A stretch of 56,921 bases of DNA, taken from Gammaproteobacteria bacterium (GTDB lineage: Bacteria; Pseudomonadota; Gammaproteobacteria; GCA-001735895). The stretch spans positions 1-56,921 of the forward strand of contig JANTFI010000004.1 of assembly GCA_024763505.1 (NCBI GenBank), written 5' to 3'. Position numbers and translations under genes: made by a program. Below are positions 9,630 to 19,906 of this stretch, in pieces (the first letter of the stretch is position 1; the number at the start of each line of letters is the position of its first letter). Under the pieces are notes generated by a model that had not been told where the DNA came from, searched no databases, and worked only from the letters and a program-made list of their open reading frames with translations.

Positions 9630-11633
9630 ATGGAAACCGTTACACTGTTTGAATGGGCCGTCGGCGCTGTTTTTGTTGGCTTCAATGCCTACCGCCGATA
9701 CAACAACCCCACCTCCAACCGCGCTACCACCACATTCCAGAATTTCATCACCTACTTTATCTTCTATCTGCTCAGCATGTTAACGCTGTATGTTTTTTTC
9801 GGCGCGCTGTTCGACAGTTCCCCCGAAACCATCGGCGCCCTGTACGGCCTGATGACCGGGCAAGTGAATGCAACTCTGCCGAGCCAGTTGTCGAGCCTCA
9901 GCGCTCCGATGCTGTCAGCGCTGTTTCTGACCACCCTGCTGCCCTCGCTACCGTGGCTGTCCAGACTAGACACCGCCTTGCTCAACAAATTCTGGGAGCG
10001 CGGCCATATCCCGACCCATGTCAACAAGATGGCCGCTGCCATGCGCCGCGCACCGTTTAATTTTTCACCGGGGCAACTTGCCCGGCTGCAAAAAAAGGCA
10101 ACCGCACTGGATATCGATTTCGATCAACTGGCGCTGAATCAGGGCGTCAATCTTGATTACCGCTGGGCGCGCATCAATGCCCTGCTCGACAGCATTGTCG
10201 ACTGGAAAGAAGAAGACTCGGTACGGCTGACCCGATTTTTGCGAGAACATGAATCGACTTTCATTCAATTGCAGGAGCGCCTGGAGGAAATAAACCGGGA
10301 TTTCAAAGAACTCAAGGCCGCCACGGCCGAGCCGCATATTCTGCAAAAATTGCAGCATTATCTGGATAAATCCATCTACGACCTGTTCCGTGACACCACC
10401 GTTTTTGTCGCCAAGGCCAGTTGCATGGCCGAGCTGTCGGAAAGCGGCCGTAACTCGATGATTTCACAACTCGGATTCGAGGGTGGTTCGCATGGCCGGG
10501 AACGCTTGTCTTCGAGTCAGGTAGCCGGAGCCCTGCTGGCCATTCTGCTCACGTTTCTGGCCGTCTCGGTAGTACAGGAGTTGTCCAAGCCGGTTGAATT
10601 CCGTCGCTTTGGCAGCGTCGGTTTCATGACTTTTCTGATGTTTTTCACCTACGGTGCTGCCCTGCTGATTGCGCTCGAACTCAAGTGCAAAGCGGGCATG
10701 GGCTACAATGAACTCACCCGCCGAAGGTCATGGGCGGCTTATATCATCGTTGGCCTCATCACCGCTGCCAGCTGGCTGGTCGTCACCGTCAGTTACCGCT
10801 ACATCCTCAATATGCTGTCGGGCATGGATAGCCTCAGCAATCTCGAATCGGTGTACACCAGCATCGGCTGGAGTTATCCCTATGCACTGCAATCGCTGGC
10901 ACTGGCGGTGTCGATTTCATGGATTCTGGATTTCCACCAGAGCCGCGAATTAACCGGACAACTGCCCTACCGGCAACGAGTGTTCGATGTCATGTTTGCG
11001 GCATCGGCGCTGGCCATCGCGTCCTTGCTTGCCTATTACTGGATGGAAGGCATCGGCTGGTTCGAAGGGCTCGGTACCAAGGACCCGCAGTACCGCGGTC
11101 GTATGTCGCTGGGCTGGACGGTACTAAAAGGTGCCGCAGTGGGTGGCGTAATCGGCTGGCTGGTACCGACCTGGTTCAATCTCAATCGCATGAAGGCGCC
11201 TGACCAGATCGCCGGGCGTTTGATCTACATGAATCGTCAGGGACTATCGAGAGAAATCCGCAATCTTGCTCCGAACGAACTGATCAGCGCAGTCGCCGCG
11301 GTCGGCGCATCAATGGCCAGTATCGATGGAGAAGTATCGCGTTCGGAAAAGGATGTCTATCAGATTATCTGCAGCCATCTGGCCGGACTTTCCAGCTCCG
11401 ATGTTGATATCGATGCCGCCGACAAGGAATTCGAGCGTTGTATCGATTTGCTCAAAACCGATGAGCTGGATCTGCAGGAAAGACTGCACCGGCTGAAAGA
11501 TTTACCGCTGTTGTCATCCCTGATGCCATACATCGCTTCTTCCATCGCTTTTGCCGATGGCATCTACATGAAGCAGGAACGCCTGATGGTGGAGCAGATT
11601 CAGAGTCAGACGCGGTTGCCTCAACTGGCCTGA
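9630..11633 (+). CDS. Polytopic membrane protein with C-terminal TerB-like domain
   Basis: Strong RBS AGGAGG; two clusters of hydrophobic helices; C-terminal AAVGASMASIDGEVSRSEKD...IAFADGIYMKQERLMVEQI matches the TerB A.ADG...E duplicated pattern. Confidence 0.75.
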   Translation: METVTLFEWAVGAVFVGFNAYRRYNNPTSNRATTTFQNFITYFIFYLLSMLTLYVFFGALFDSSPETIGALYGLMTGQVNATLPSQLSSLSAPMLSALFLTTLLPSLPWLSRLDTALLNKFWERGHIPTHVNKMAAAMRRAPFNFSPGQLARLQKKATALDIDFDQLALNQGVNLDYRWARINALLDSIVDWKEEDSVRLTRFLREHESTFIQLQERLEEINRDFKELKAATAEPHILQKLQHYLDKSIYDLFRDTTVFVAKASCMAELSESGRNSMISQLGFEGGSHGRERLSSSQVAGALLAILLTFLAVSVVQELSKPVEFRRFGSVGFMTFLMFFTYGAALLIALELKCKAGMGYNELTRRRSWAAYIIVGLITAASWLVVTVSYRYILNMLSGMDSLSNLESVYTSIGWSYPYALQSLALAVSISWILDFHQSRELTGQLPYRQRVFDVMFAASALAIASLLAYYWMEGIGWFEGLGTKDPQYRGRMSLGWTVLKGAAVGGVIGWLVPTWFNLNRMKAPDQIAGRLIYMNRQGLSREIRNLAPNELISAVAAVGASMASIDGEVSRSEKDVYQIICSHLAGLSSSDVDIDAADKEFERCIDLLKTDELDLQERLHRLKDLPLLSSLMPYIASSIAFADGIYMKQERLMVEQIQSQTRLPQLA

Positions 11634-11642
11634 CAGGACGAC

Positions 11643-11674
11643 TTTGACGGCATCCTGCCCGGGAAGCCGTCAAA
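11643..11674. terminator. Hairpin between convergent genes (likely terminator)
   Basis: TTTGACGGC-N14-GCCGTCAAA perfect 9-bp stem immediately after both stop codons. Confidence 0.7.
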
Positions 11675-11683
11675 TCAGAGATA

Positions 11684-12139
11684 TTAATGCTGGAATATCG
11701 GTAAAGCCGCTTTCTGTTCGTCAGTCAGAATTTCTCCGAGTCTGGCTTTAAAGCTTTCACGCTGCGTTTGCCTGGCGCTTTTGAATTCTTGCATCAATTG
11801 TTGATCGGCTTGCTGGCGTTGTTCCATCATTGCGGTTCTCATACCCTTCTTCGCGGCGTGTTGCTCGGCTTTTAACTGAGTCAACTGCTGGCGTTGCTCG
11901 GCGGTCAGGTCGGGAATACGATCAAACATGGCTTCTGCGCGACCCATTTTACGGTGACCGTGTTTCATTCCGTGACCCGGCCCCATGCCCATGCCCGCTC
12001 CCGGGCCATCCATACCGTACTGCTGCTTGCAAGAATGCTTGCCAGCATACCCCATACCGGGTCCGGCAATCGCGACGGCAGCGCCAGTGGTTGCAAAAAG
12101 AGTGGTAGCAATGATCAATGATTTTGAAAAGGTATTCAT
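11684..12139 (-). CDS. Spy/CpxP-family periplasmic chaperone (LTXXQ motifs)
   Basis: Signal peptide, Gly/Met/His-rich linker, PDLTAEQRQQL and ILTDEQKAAL motifs; divergent from an OmpR/EnvZ-type pair as in cpxP-cpxRA. Confidence 0.85.
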   Translation of the reverse strand: MNTFSKSLIIATTLFATTGAAVAIAGPGMGYAGKHSCKQQYGMDGPGAGMGMGPGHGMKHGHRKMGRAEAMFDRIPDLTAEQRQQLTQLKAEQHAAKKGMRTAMMEQRQQADQQLMQEFKSARQTQRESFKARLGEILTDEQKAALPIFQH

Positions 12140-12228
12140 GTCAGTCTCCTGATTTGAGGTTAAATTCGGACTGCCTGTTGCAGTAAGCTAACTATAAACT
12201 GCCGCAGCATAGAGTTGGGTCAAGCCAG

Positions 12229-12254
12229 ATAAAGCTTTGCAAAGAAATGCAAAG
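12229..12254 (+). promoter_or_regulatory. Putative CpxR-type tandem binding boxes
   Basis: ATAAAG-N4-GCAAAG-N4-GCAAAG at exact 10-bp period; includes GCAAA-N5-GCAAA, close to the CpxR GTAAA-N5-GTAAA consensus. Confidence 0.6.
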
Positions 12255-12304
12255 GTCAGAATCGAGCGGTTGCGCTTTGAGATTTTTCGCCCAGAATAAT
12301 CGCC

Positions 12305-12997
12305 ATGAATGAAACACCCCACCTATTGCTGGTCGACGATGACACGGCGCTAAGCGATTTACTCGCCGAATATCTCGGCAGCGAGGGATTTCGTGTATCG
12401 ATGGTGCATGATGGCCACAGCGCAATCGAACAGGTAAAACAAAAAAACGACTGGGATGCGATTATTCTCGATGTCATGATGCCGGGCATGAATGGCTTCG
12501 ACGTATTAAAAGCCCTGCGTCCGCAAAATAAGACACCGGTACTGATGCTGACTGCGAGGGGTGAAGATACCGACACCGTGCTTGGTCTTGAACTCGGCGC
12601 TGATGACTATGTCGCCAAACCGGTCAGCCCGCGTGTGCTGGTGGCACGGTTGCGAGCCCTGTTACGGCGCGGACAAAGCGAGAAACCTGACCGCATACGG
12701 GTCGGTGATATCGAGCTGGATGAACAGGCGCGCCAGCTCTCGGTGGATGGCAAGCCGGTCAAACTCACCGGAGCGGAGTTCAACCTGCTGGCACTGTTAT
12801 TGAAACAGGCCGGTCATATCGTCAGCCGCGAAACTCTGGCCGCCGACGGGCTCGGCCGCGCCCTCACTGCCTACGACCGCCGAATCGAAACTCACATGGC
12901 ACAGATTCGGCGCAAGCTGGGCAACTTCGCAGATGGCTCGGCGCGCATCCAGACCGTGCGCGGAGCCGGCTATCAATATGTAGTCAAACAGCCATGA
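12305..12997 (+). CDS. OmpR-family response regulator (CpxR-like)
   Basis: LLLVDDD, IILDVMMPGMNGFDVL, LMLTARG, GADDYVAKP, winged-helix IQTVRGAGY. Confidence 0.95.
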   Translation: MNETPHLLLVDDDTALSDLLAEYLGSEGFRVSMVHDGHSAIEQVKQKNDWDAIILDVMMPGMNGFDVLKALRPQNKTPVLMLTARGEDTDTVLGLELGADDYVAKPVSPRVLVARLRALLRRGQSEKPDRIRVGDIELDEQARQLSVDGKPVKLTGAEFNLLALLLKQAGHIVSRETLAADGLGRALTAYDRRIETHMAQIRRKLGNFADGSARIQTVRGAGYQYVVKQP

Positions 12998-14316
12998 CCT
13001 TGTTCTGGCGCATCTTTCTGTCATTCTGGCTCACGGCTGTGCTGCTTGCCGGCAGTTTTTTTGTGCTGGGGCGACTCTCCAGCAGCGAAATCATCGAGCG
13101 CCAGCTCGCCGCATTGCAGGCGCAGGCCGAGTTGGTTGCCGGGTTGTGGAATAGCGATGGCGGCCAACCCGCCGTCAGACTTTGGCTGGCAAGGCAGCAA
13201 GGCCCGCAAAAAGCGCGACTGTTAACTCAGAGCGGGCGTAGTCCGTTCGGTAGACGAATGGAGGGAAAGATGAAACACCGCCCCCCGCATAAAGCGCCCG
13301 TTCACCCCGGCGTCTATACTCTGCCCGATGGTCGCATCCAGCTAGCCGCACAACTCCCGGATATCCAGCCAGCGCTTTTTCTGGTTCGCCATCTCACAGC
13401 ACAGCAGATACATCGCTTGCCATTGCCACTGATGTTGACGCTGGCCATTCTCATCATCGCGCTGATGAGTTATCTATTGGCCACGATGCTGATCAAACGC
13501 TTGCGCCGTCTGCAAGAAACCGTGCAAGTGATCCGTGACGGTGACCTGTCTGCTCGGGTGGAGCTGGACGGACAGGATGAAGTCAGTTCACTGGCCAGAG
13601 ATTTCAATCGCATGGCCGAGCGCATCAGTGAAATGATGACCAGCCAGCGCCAATTGGTGAGTGATGTATCCCACGAATTGCGCTCGCCATTGGCGCGTCT
13701 GCGTATCGCACTGGAACTGGCCGAGCGCGCCGACGACCCTGGCCTGATGTTACAAAAAATCGGCAAGGAAGCCGACGAACTGGAACATATGGTCAGCAGT
13801 CTGTTGTCGCTGGCTCGCCTCCAGTCAGGCCTTGCGTCGTTAGAAAGAAAGCCGCAAGCGCTGTGTCCTTTATTGAAGAATATCATTGATGATGCCAACT
13901 TCGAGGGCGAGGCCAGCCAACGGCATGTGATTTTGGCCGGCTGCGACGATATTGAAGCCGATATCGATGCGGTGCTGATGCGCTCGGCGATCGAGAATGT
14001 TATCCGCAACGCCTTGCGTTACACTCCAGAAGGCGGAACCGTGCTGGTCAAGATGGAAGTTTCGGACGGCCTGATCAGCATCAGCATCGAAGATCAGGGA
14101 CCGGGCGTCCCGGAAAAGGATCTCGAACGCCTTTTCGAACCGTTTTCACGGGTCGGCGAGGCGCGAGATCGTCAATCCGGTGGTTATGGGCTCGGACTAT
14201 CAATCACAGGCAAGGCTTTGCAAGCACATGGCGGGAATGCTACCGCCGAAAACCTGCCTGCCGGCGGGCTACGGGTCAACCTCTCGCTGCCGCTATTCAG
14301 GCAACCCTTGTCCTGA
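12994..14316 (+). CDS. Sensor histidine kinase (CpxA-like, HAMP-HisKA-HATPase)
   Basis: Two TM helices, HAMP, H-box DVSHELRSPLARL, ENVIRNA, DQGPG, GYGLGLSI; ATGA overlap with the regulator. Confidence 0.95.
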   Translation: MTLFWRIFLSFWLTAVLLAGSFFVLGRLSSSEIIERQLAALQAQAELVAGLWNSDGGQPAVRLWLARQQGPQKARLLTQSGRSPFGRRMEGKMKHRPPHKAPVHPGVYTLPDGRIQLAAQLPDIQPALFLVRHLTAQQIHRLPLPLMLTLAILIIALMSYLLATMLIKRLRRLQETVQVIRDGDLSARVELDGQDEVSSLARDFNRMAERISEMMTSQRQLVSDVSHELRSPLARLRIALELAERADDPGLMLQKIGKEADELEHMVSSLLSLARLQSGLASLERKPQALCPLLKNIIDDANFEGEASQRHVILAGCDDIEADIDAVLMRSAIENVIRNALRYTPEGGTVLVKMEVSDGLISISIEDQGPGVPEKDLERLFEPFSRVGEARDRQSGGYGLGLSITGKALQAHGGNATAENLPAGGLRVNLSLPLFRQPLS

Positions 14317-15592
14317 TCACTCGCCCGGTCATTTTCTGCAGCAGAAATTCAACCAATACAGCAACTGTAACAAAACCGACCAACACCGTGACCACATTTC
14401 CCTTGTGCTGACTCGCATAATAAAGGGCCAGAGCCATTGCCACCAGTGAGAAAAGAGCTGCCAGCGCGATCAGGAACCGGGACCCACCGGTCTGCCTCGA
14501 CAACCTGAAATGACCGATATGGGTCACCGCATGGATAAAAAGAATCGAAATCGAACCGATCGCGGCGACCTCGGACAGATCAAACAGCAGGGAAAAAACA
14601 ATCACCAGTAGGCCACTGATCACCAGCCCTTCCCGGCTGTTGCCAATTGGCTTGCCAAACACTGCAGGTAATTCGCCATCCTTTGCTAACTGATAGGTGA
14701 CGTTGGTCACTGCATACAAATTGGCATTGATCGAGGAAGCCGTCGACACCAGAGCTGCAATCGCCACCACGGTAAAACCGAACTGGCCAAACACTGGCAA
14801 AGCAGCTTCGGCTAATGCGTAATCCTTCGCTTCAATCACCCGGTCTGTTGGCAGGTTTCCAAAAACCGCGATGGCAACCCCGACATACAGCAGCATCACA
14901 AACAAGATCGAAGCGATCATTGCACGGGGCAGGGTTTTGGCCGGATCCGGCATGTCTTCGGCCGTATTGGTAATCACGCGAAAGCCTTCATAGGCAAAAA
15001 AGGTAATCGCCAGGCTGAAGAAGACATCCTGCATCGGCGGGTAGTGCGACGGAGAGAGCAGCTCCGGTTTGGCGTAAAAAATTCCGGCCACGGCAAACCC
15101 GGTCAATACCAGAAACTTGATCGCCACGGTCAGACGTTCCCACAGGGCCACATCTTTGGCACCGCGCAGGTTGATCAACACAAAAAACACCACGATGCCG
15201 ACAGCGAAGACATGATGCCACCACACTGCGCTACCCGCCGGCAAAAAGGTGGCGGCATAATTGCCGAACGCCTTGGCGATCAAACTGAGTGAAACCAGGG
15301 CTGCAAAAAACAGCATGATACTCATCGAGCCGGTGAAATAGCCGACACCATAAGATTGGGTCAGGTATTCGACAATACCACCGGCCGAAGGATAGCGCGC
15401 TCCGAGTTTGCCCAGCGAATAACCGCTGAACAGCGCAATAACACCGCCGATAATGAATGACAGATAAACCGCACTACCGGAGATCGAGCTGGCTTCTCCG
15501 AGCAAGGCGAAGATGCCGGCGCCAACCATCGCACCTATACCCATGGACACTGCTGACCAGAAACCGATCGGCCTGGCCTGTGACTGCATCAT
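14297..15592 (-). CDS. APC-family amino acid permease (YbaT/ApcT-like)
   Basis: IGFWSAVSMGIGAMVGAGIFALLG, YPSAGG, FFAYEGF; about 12 TM helices; stop overlaps the kinase 3' end by 20 nt. Confidence 0.9.
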   Translation of the reverse strand: MMQSQARPIGFWSAVSMGIGAMVGAGIFALLGEASSISGSAVYLSFIIGGVIALFSGYSLGKLGARYPSAGGIVEYLTQSYGVGYFTGSMSIMLFFAALVSLSLIAKAFGNYAATFLPAGSAVWWHHVFAVGIVVFFVLINLRGAKDVALWERLTVAIKFLVLTGFAVAGIFYAKPELLSPSHYPPMQDVFFSLAITFFAYEGFRVITNTAEDMPDPAKTLPRAMIASILFVMLLYVGVAIAVFGNLPTDRVIEAKDYALAEAALPVFGQFGFTVVAIAALVSTASSINANLYAVTNVTYQLAKDGELPAVFGKPIGNSREGLVISGLLVIVFSLLFDLSEVAAIGSISILFIHAVTHIGHFRLSRQTGGSRFLIALAALFSLVAMALALYYASQHKGNVVTVLVGFVTVAVLVEFLLQKMTGRVIRTRVA

Positions 15593-15657
15593 AATCTTTT
15601 CTCGTAGATCAAATAGCTGACGGACGGGTACCCAACCCGCCAGTCAGCAGGTACCGG

Positions 15658-16503
15658 CTATTCGGGAATACGCACCACGACAACATCACTGCTGGCATTG
15701 CCGACCAGGCTGCGCGCGGTCGACCCGAGCAGACGCGCCAAGCCGTGACGACCGTGCGAACCAGCTACGATGAGATCAACATTCTGCGCCTCGGCATACG
15801 ACAACACGGCATATTTGGGTGAGCCCCAGATCACTTCGTGCTGCACATTTTCCAGATCGATTTCCTTCGCGATTTTGGCCAGTCGCTCCTGAGCATTGTC
15901 GAAAAGGATTTGATCCGTATCTAGATATTCATAAGTCGGTGCCATCAGAAAATCGGTATCCACCGGATAGGCGACCGATTCCACCGCATGAATCAGCGAC
16001 AACCGGGCTTTATAGATTTTCGCCAGTTCGACCGCACGTTTGAGTGCCACCGCAGAATGTTCGGAAAAATCGGTAGCCAGCAAGATATGTTGATAGGGCA
16101 CGAGCACGAATTCACCATCGCCACTACCGACTTCTTCCTGCTGCGGCGAACGCAACCAGCTCCAGGCATCGCTCAATTCTTCCTTGTTGAAATAGCGCAT
16201 ATCGATCGAAGAAAAGGCATCGCCCAGCACCGTCATCCATTTTTGCCAGCGGTTTTCGCCGACGATGGCAACACGTGCAATGTCATCTTCGTTTTTCATG
16301 CCGAACTTGAAATCATCCCATGCCGCTTGCCTGTCCCAGCCGTGGAAATCTTCCAGTTCCAGCAGCAGTGACACCGGCTCTTCGGATGAATCGATAAACT
16401 CATTCAGTTTGGGTAAAAATTGCTGATAATCTGCATCGGTCAATTTACCGCTGGCTTTCACCGCCATGATGTGGTCGACATCGACCGGTAGGATCTGGAA
16501 CAT
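15658..16503 (-). CDS. SpoIIAA-like (STAS/SEC14) - universal stress protein fusion
   Basis: N-half SGKLTDADY...FHGWDRQAAWDD...RVAIVG..W is SpoIIAA-like; C-half YQHILLATDFS...LIVAGSHGRHG...LGSTA is USP. Confidence 0.85.
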   Translation of the reverse strand: MFQILPVDVDHIMAVKASGKLTDADYQQFLPKLNEFIDSSEEPVSLLLELEDFHGWDRQAAWDDFKFGMKNEDDIARVAIVGENRWQKWMTVLGDAFSSIDMRYFNKEELSDAWSWLRSPQQEEVGSGDGEFVLVPYQHILLATDFSEHSAVALKRAVELAKIYKARLSLIHAVESVAYPVDTDFLMAPTYEYLDTDQILFDNAQERLAKIAKEIDLENVQHEVIWGSPKYAVLSYAEAQNVDLIVAGSHGRHGLARLLGSTARSLVGNASSDVVVVRIPE

Positions 16504-16505
16504 GA

Positions 16506-18395
16506 TTATTGACTCCTGACTTGATTGATAATTTGTTTCACTTCATCGCCATCGATGACTTCTTTTTCATTCAGACGTGCGGCCAGTGCATTCAGCACAT
16601 CGCGCTGCGAAGTAATAATTTCGGTGGCGCGGCGGTGGCCTTCCTCGACCAGTTCGCGCACTTCGGCATCGATCAATTTGGCCGTTGCTTCGCTGAAATT
16701 GCGATCTTCCTGCACTTGTCCACCCAGATACTGTAACTGCTGACGCCGTCCCCAGGTCAAGGGTCCGAGTTTTTTACTCATGCCCAGTTGGGTCACCATT
16801 GCATTGGCAATTTCGGTGGCGCGTTCGAGGTCATTCGAGGCACCGCTGGAAATATCACCGAACACGACTTCCTCGGCCACCCGGCCGCCCAGCAGAATTG
16901 CCAGTTGATCGCGAAATTCATTCTCGGTGGTCAGAAATTTTTCTTCCACCGGCAATTGCATGGTGTAACCGAGCGCCGCCACCCCGCGAGGAATAATCGA
17001 AACCTTGTGCACCGGCTCGGCAGTGGGCACGGTTTCTGCCACCAGCGTGTGACCGGATTCGTGAAATGCCACGCGATTTTTTTCTTCCTTGCTAAGCACG
17101 CGGTGACGTTTTTCCGGCCCGGCGATGACACGATCGATGGCGCGCTCAAAATCGCTCATGGTGATGATCTGGTGGTTTTCGCGCACTGCACGAATCGCCG
17201 CTTCGTTGGCGATGTTTTCCAGATCGGCGCCGACGAAGCCCGGCGTTCTGGCCGCAACGACTTCGAGATCGACATCATCGGCCAGTGTCATCTTGCGTGT
17301 ATGCAGTTTGAGAATTGCTTTACGCGCTTGTAAATCGGGTTTGTCGACCACGATTTGCCGGTCGAATCGACCCGCACGCAACAACGCCTTGTCGAGAATC
17401 TCGGGGCGGTTGGTCGCCGCCATCACCACCACGCCGGTAGAGCTGTCGAAGCCATCCATTTCAGTCAGTAACTGGTTCAGCGTTTGTTCGCTTTCATCAT
17501 GCCCGCCCATCGCCGGACCGGCACTACGCGCGCGACCGATGGCGTCGAGTTCATCAATAAAAATAATACACGGCGCTTTGGCACGCGCCTGTTCGAACAT
17601 TTCACGCACCCGTGCGGCACCCACGCCGACAAACATTTCGATGAATTCCGAGCCACTGATATTGAAGAAAGGTACGCGCGCTTCACCGGCCACCGCGCGT
17701 GCCAGCAGGGTCTTGCCGGTGCCGGGCGGGCCGACCAGCAACACACCTTTGGGCATGCGCCCACCGAGTTGCTGAATGCGCGACGGGTCGAGCAGAAAGT
17801 CGACGCTTTCCTTCAGTTCAAGCTTGGCTTCTTCGGCACCGGCGACATCATCGAAGGTCACCGGCGGCAGTGAATCGGGGTGGATATGCACCTTGCCGCC
17901 GAGATTCAAAAAGCCCTGGCTCATGCCGCCCATGCGCTTGGCCATGTAACTCCACAATAAAAACAGCAGGCCGAACGGCAATACCCAGTTGGTGAGAAAA
18001 TTACCCAGCCAATTGCTGTCGTGGCGCACCTTGTATTTCACGCCATTCTTTTCCAGATACTTGGCCAAATCGGTATCGGCCAGCGGTATCGTGATGAAAC
18101 GCTTCGGCTTGCCAGCGGCATCTTGAGCATTCAGGGTACCGGAGATGTATTTTTCAGTGACGATCGCTTGCTTGATTTCTTTCTTATCGACATGCTGCAG
18201 AAATTCACTGTAGGGAATCTCTTCATTTTTGGTTTGGGTGTAGCCTTGCCAGAAATAAAACGACAGCCACATGATGATCAGGTAGAGGAAAAAATTGAAA
18301 TCGAAGCGCTGCCATATCCTGGACCCGCTACCACCGCTTTTGTTGATTTCAAGATCGGGTTTATCGTCGTTGATCGAAAATTTGTTCTCTGCCAT
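16506..18395 (-). CDS. ftsH: ATP-dependent zinc metalloprotease FtsH (probably a secondary paralogue)
   Basis: VTFDDVAG, Walker A GPPGTGKT, Walker [34 protein letters not shown], zinc motif [15 protein letters not shown]. Confidence 0.95.
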   Translation of the reverse strand: MAENKFSINDDKPDLEINKSGGSGSRIWQRFDFNFFLYLIIMWLSFYFWQGYTQTKNEEIPYSEFLQHVDKKEIKQAIVTEKYISGTLNAQDAAGKPKRFITIPLADTDLAKYLEKNGVKYKVRHDSNWLGNFLTNWVLPFGLLFLLWSYMAKRMGGMSQGFLNLGGKVHIHPDSLPPVTFDDVAGAEEAKLELKESVDFLLDPSRIQQLGGRMPKGVLLVGPPGTGKTLLARAVAGEARVPFFNISGSEFIEMFVGVGAARVREMFEQARAKAPCIIFIDELDAIGRARSAGPAMGGHDESEQTLNQLLTEMDGFDSSTGVVVMAATNRPEILDKALLRAGRFDRQIVVDKPDLQARKAILKLHTRKMTLADDVDLEVVAARTPGFVGADLENIANEAAIRAVRENHQIITMSDFERAIDRVIAGPEKRHRVLSKEEKNRVAFHESGHTLVAETVPTAEPVHKVSIIPRGVAALGYTMQLPVEEKFLTTENEFRDQLAILLGGRVAEEVVFGDISSGASNDLERATEIANAMVTQLGMSKKLGPLTWGRRQQLQYLGGQVQEDRNFSEATAKLIDAEVRELVEEGHRRATEIITSQRDVLNALAARLNEKEVIDGDEVKQIINQVRSQ

Positions 18396-18461
18396 TTTAT
18401 TTGCCTTGTATTAATTGCCTTGTTGCCCTGGCCCGCAGGCGCATGATTGGTGTTTGATAAA

Positions 18462-18483
18462 CAGGCCGAAGCATAAAGGCCTG
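18462..18483 (-). terminator. Possible terminator hairpin after the second APC permease
   Basis: CAGGCC-N10-GGCCTG, followed by TTTATC on the minus strand. Confidence 0.4.
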
Positions 18484-18571
18484 CATCCGCTCAGGCAGTC
18501 ACCTGTATGACGGTTCGTCAATATTATCCGGTTCGAGATCAACATCACGCTCGTACTACCGGCATTGCCAA

Positions 18572-19906
18572 TCACTCGGGTTGCTGGCGCTCATGTTCGG
18601 CACGCTCCAGTCGTTTATCCATAAATTTCGACAGATTCATGTCTCCGCTGCGTAAGTTTCGATAAAACACATTAAATAGTACCACGGTCAGAATAACCAG
18701 CGCGCTGGATACCAGTGATTGAGGGCTGTGTACGGCGTTATAACCCACCAGCACCAGCACCGCTGCAACACATAATAAGGTGCCGAAACCGGCGATCCAG
18801 CGGTTGGCCCCGGTTTCGGCATGCAATTTGAAATTGGCAAAATTCACCAGTGCAAACACTATCAGAAAACCGAAACTGCCGGCCACCGAGATATTATCCA
18901 GATTGAATGCCAACGAAAAGATGATGGCCAGCAAGCCGATGATCACCATGCCTTCGTAACCATTGTGGATACGCTTTTCAAAACTTTCCGGCATTTCGCC
19001 CAGCCGTGCAATCAGGTAACTGGTACGGCCACCGCCATACAGTGTGGCGTTGATCGCCGAAGCGGTCGACAGCAGCGCGGCAATCCCGATAAAGATAAAC
19101 CCGGCCTGACCAAAAAACGGTTCAGCCGCTTTCGCCAGCACATAATCCTTGGCACTCTGGGCTTCGGCCAGGGTCAGATTACCGACTGCCACGATAGCAA
19201 TGCCGATATACAGCAATATGACAAAAAGGACGGCGGAGTAATACGCCAATGGCAGGTTACGCTTCGGATTTTCGATATCGCCGGCGGTATTGGCGATCAA
19301 TTCGAATCCCTCGTAGGCGAGAAAGATCATCAGACCACCGGCGGCGATGGAAGGCATCGACTCCCAATGCTGCGGTGACATGTGCTGCCAGTCCACTGTC
19401 AGAATCCCCACTCCGGCAAACACCGCCAGAATCCCCAGTTTGATGAACACCATGATATCTTCGGCTTTGCCGGTCAGCAGCGCGCCAAGCAAATTAATAA
19501 CGGTAAACAGCACGATCACCGCTACTGACAGGGCGCTGTGCAACCACGCCACATCGCCACCGGTAATCAATGCCGCACCATAACTGCCAAAGGCATAGGC
19601 ATATAGCGCCAGCATAATGACATAGCTGATCAGCATCAGCGTATTAACCAGTGAAGCAAACAGGCCATTGCCATAGGCCTGTACGATAAATTCAATGGTG
19701 CCACCCTCGCTGGGGTAGCGCAGCGATAGTTTCACATATGAATAAGCCGTCACCAGCGCGATAAAACCGGCAAATGCAAATGCCACCGGTGCCGCGCCTT
19801 TAGCCAGTGAAATAGTCAGGCCAAGCACGGCAAAAATGCCGCCACCAACCATGCCGCCAACGCCAATGCTGAAGGCTTCGAGAAAGCCGATTTTTTTGTT
19901 ATTCAT
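18572..19906 (-). CDS. APC-family amino acid permease (second paralogue)
   Basis: IGFLEAFSIGVGGMVGGGIFAVLG, YPSEGG, FLAYEGFELI. Likely start MNNKKIG at 19906; the ORF track extends to 19954. Confidence 0.9.
   Translation of the reverse strand: MNNKKIGFLEAFSIGVGGMVGGGIFAVLGLTISLAKGAAPVAFAFAGFIALVTAYSYVKLSLRYPSEGGTIEFIVQAYGNGLFASLVNTLMLISYVIMLALYAYAFGSYGAALITGGDVAWLHSALSVAVIVLFTVINLLGALLTGKAEDIMVFIKLGILAVFAGVGILTVDWQHMSPQHWESMPSIAAGGLMIFLAYEGFELIANTAGDIENPKRNLPLAYYSAVLFVILLYIGIAIVAVGNLTLAEAQSAKDYVLAKAAEPFFGQAGFIFIGIAALLSTASAINATLYGGGRTSYLIARLGEMPESFEKRIHNGYEGMVIIGLLAIIFSLAFNLDNISVAGSFGFLIVFALVNFANFKLHAETGANRWIAGFGTLLCVAAVLVLVGYNAVHSPQSLVSSALVILTVVLFNVFYRNLRSGDMNLSKFMDKRLERAEHERQQPE

Noticed and set aside
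14297-14316. 20-nt convergent overlap of kinase and permease as an antisense regulatory device
   Set aside because: Short tail-to-tail overlaps are common and nothing else supports a function.
14297-19906. Transmissible locus of stress tolerance (tLST/LHR)
   Set aside because: No clpK/clpG, small heat-shock, trx or kefB genes and no flanking IS elements.
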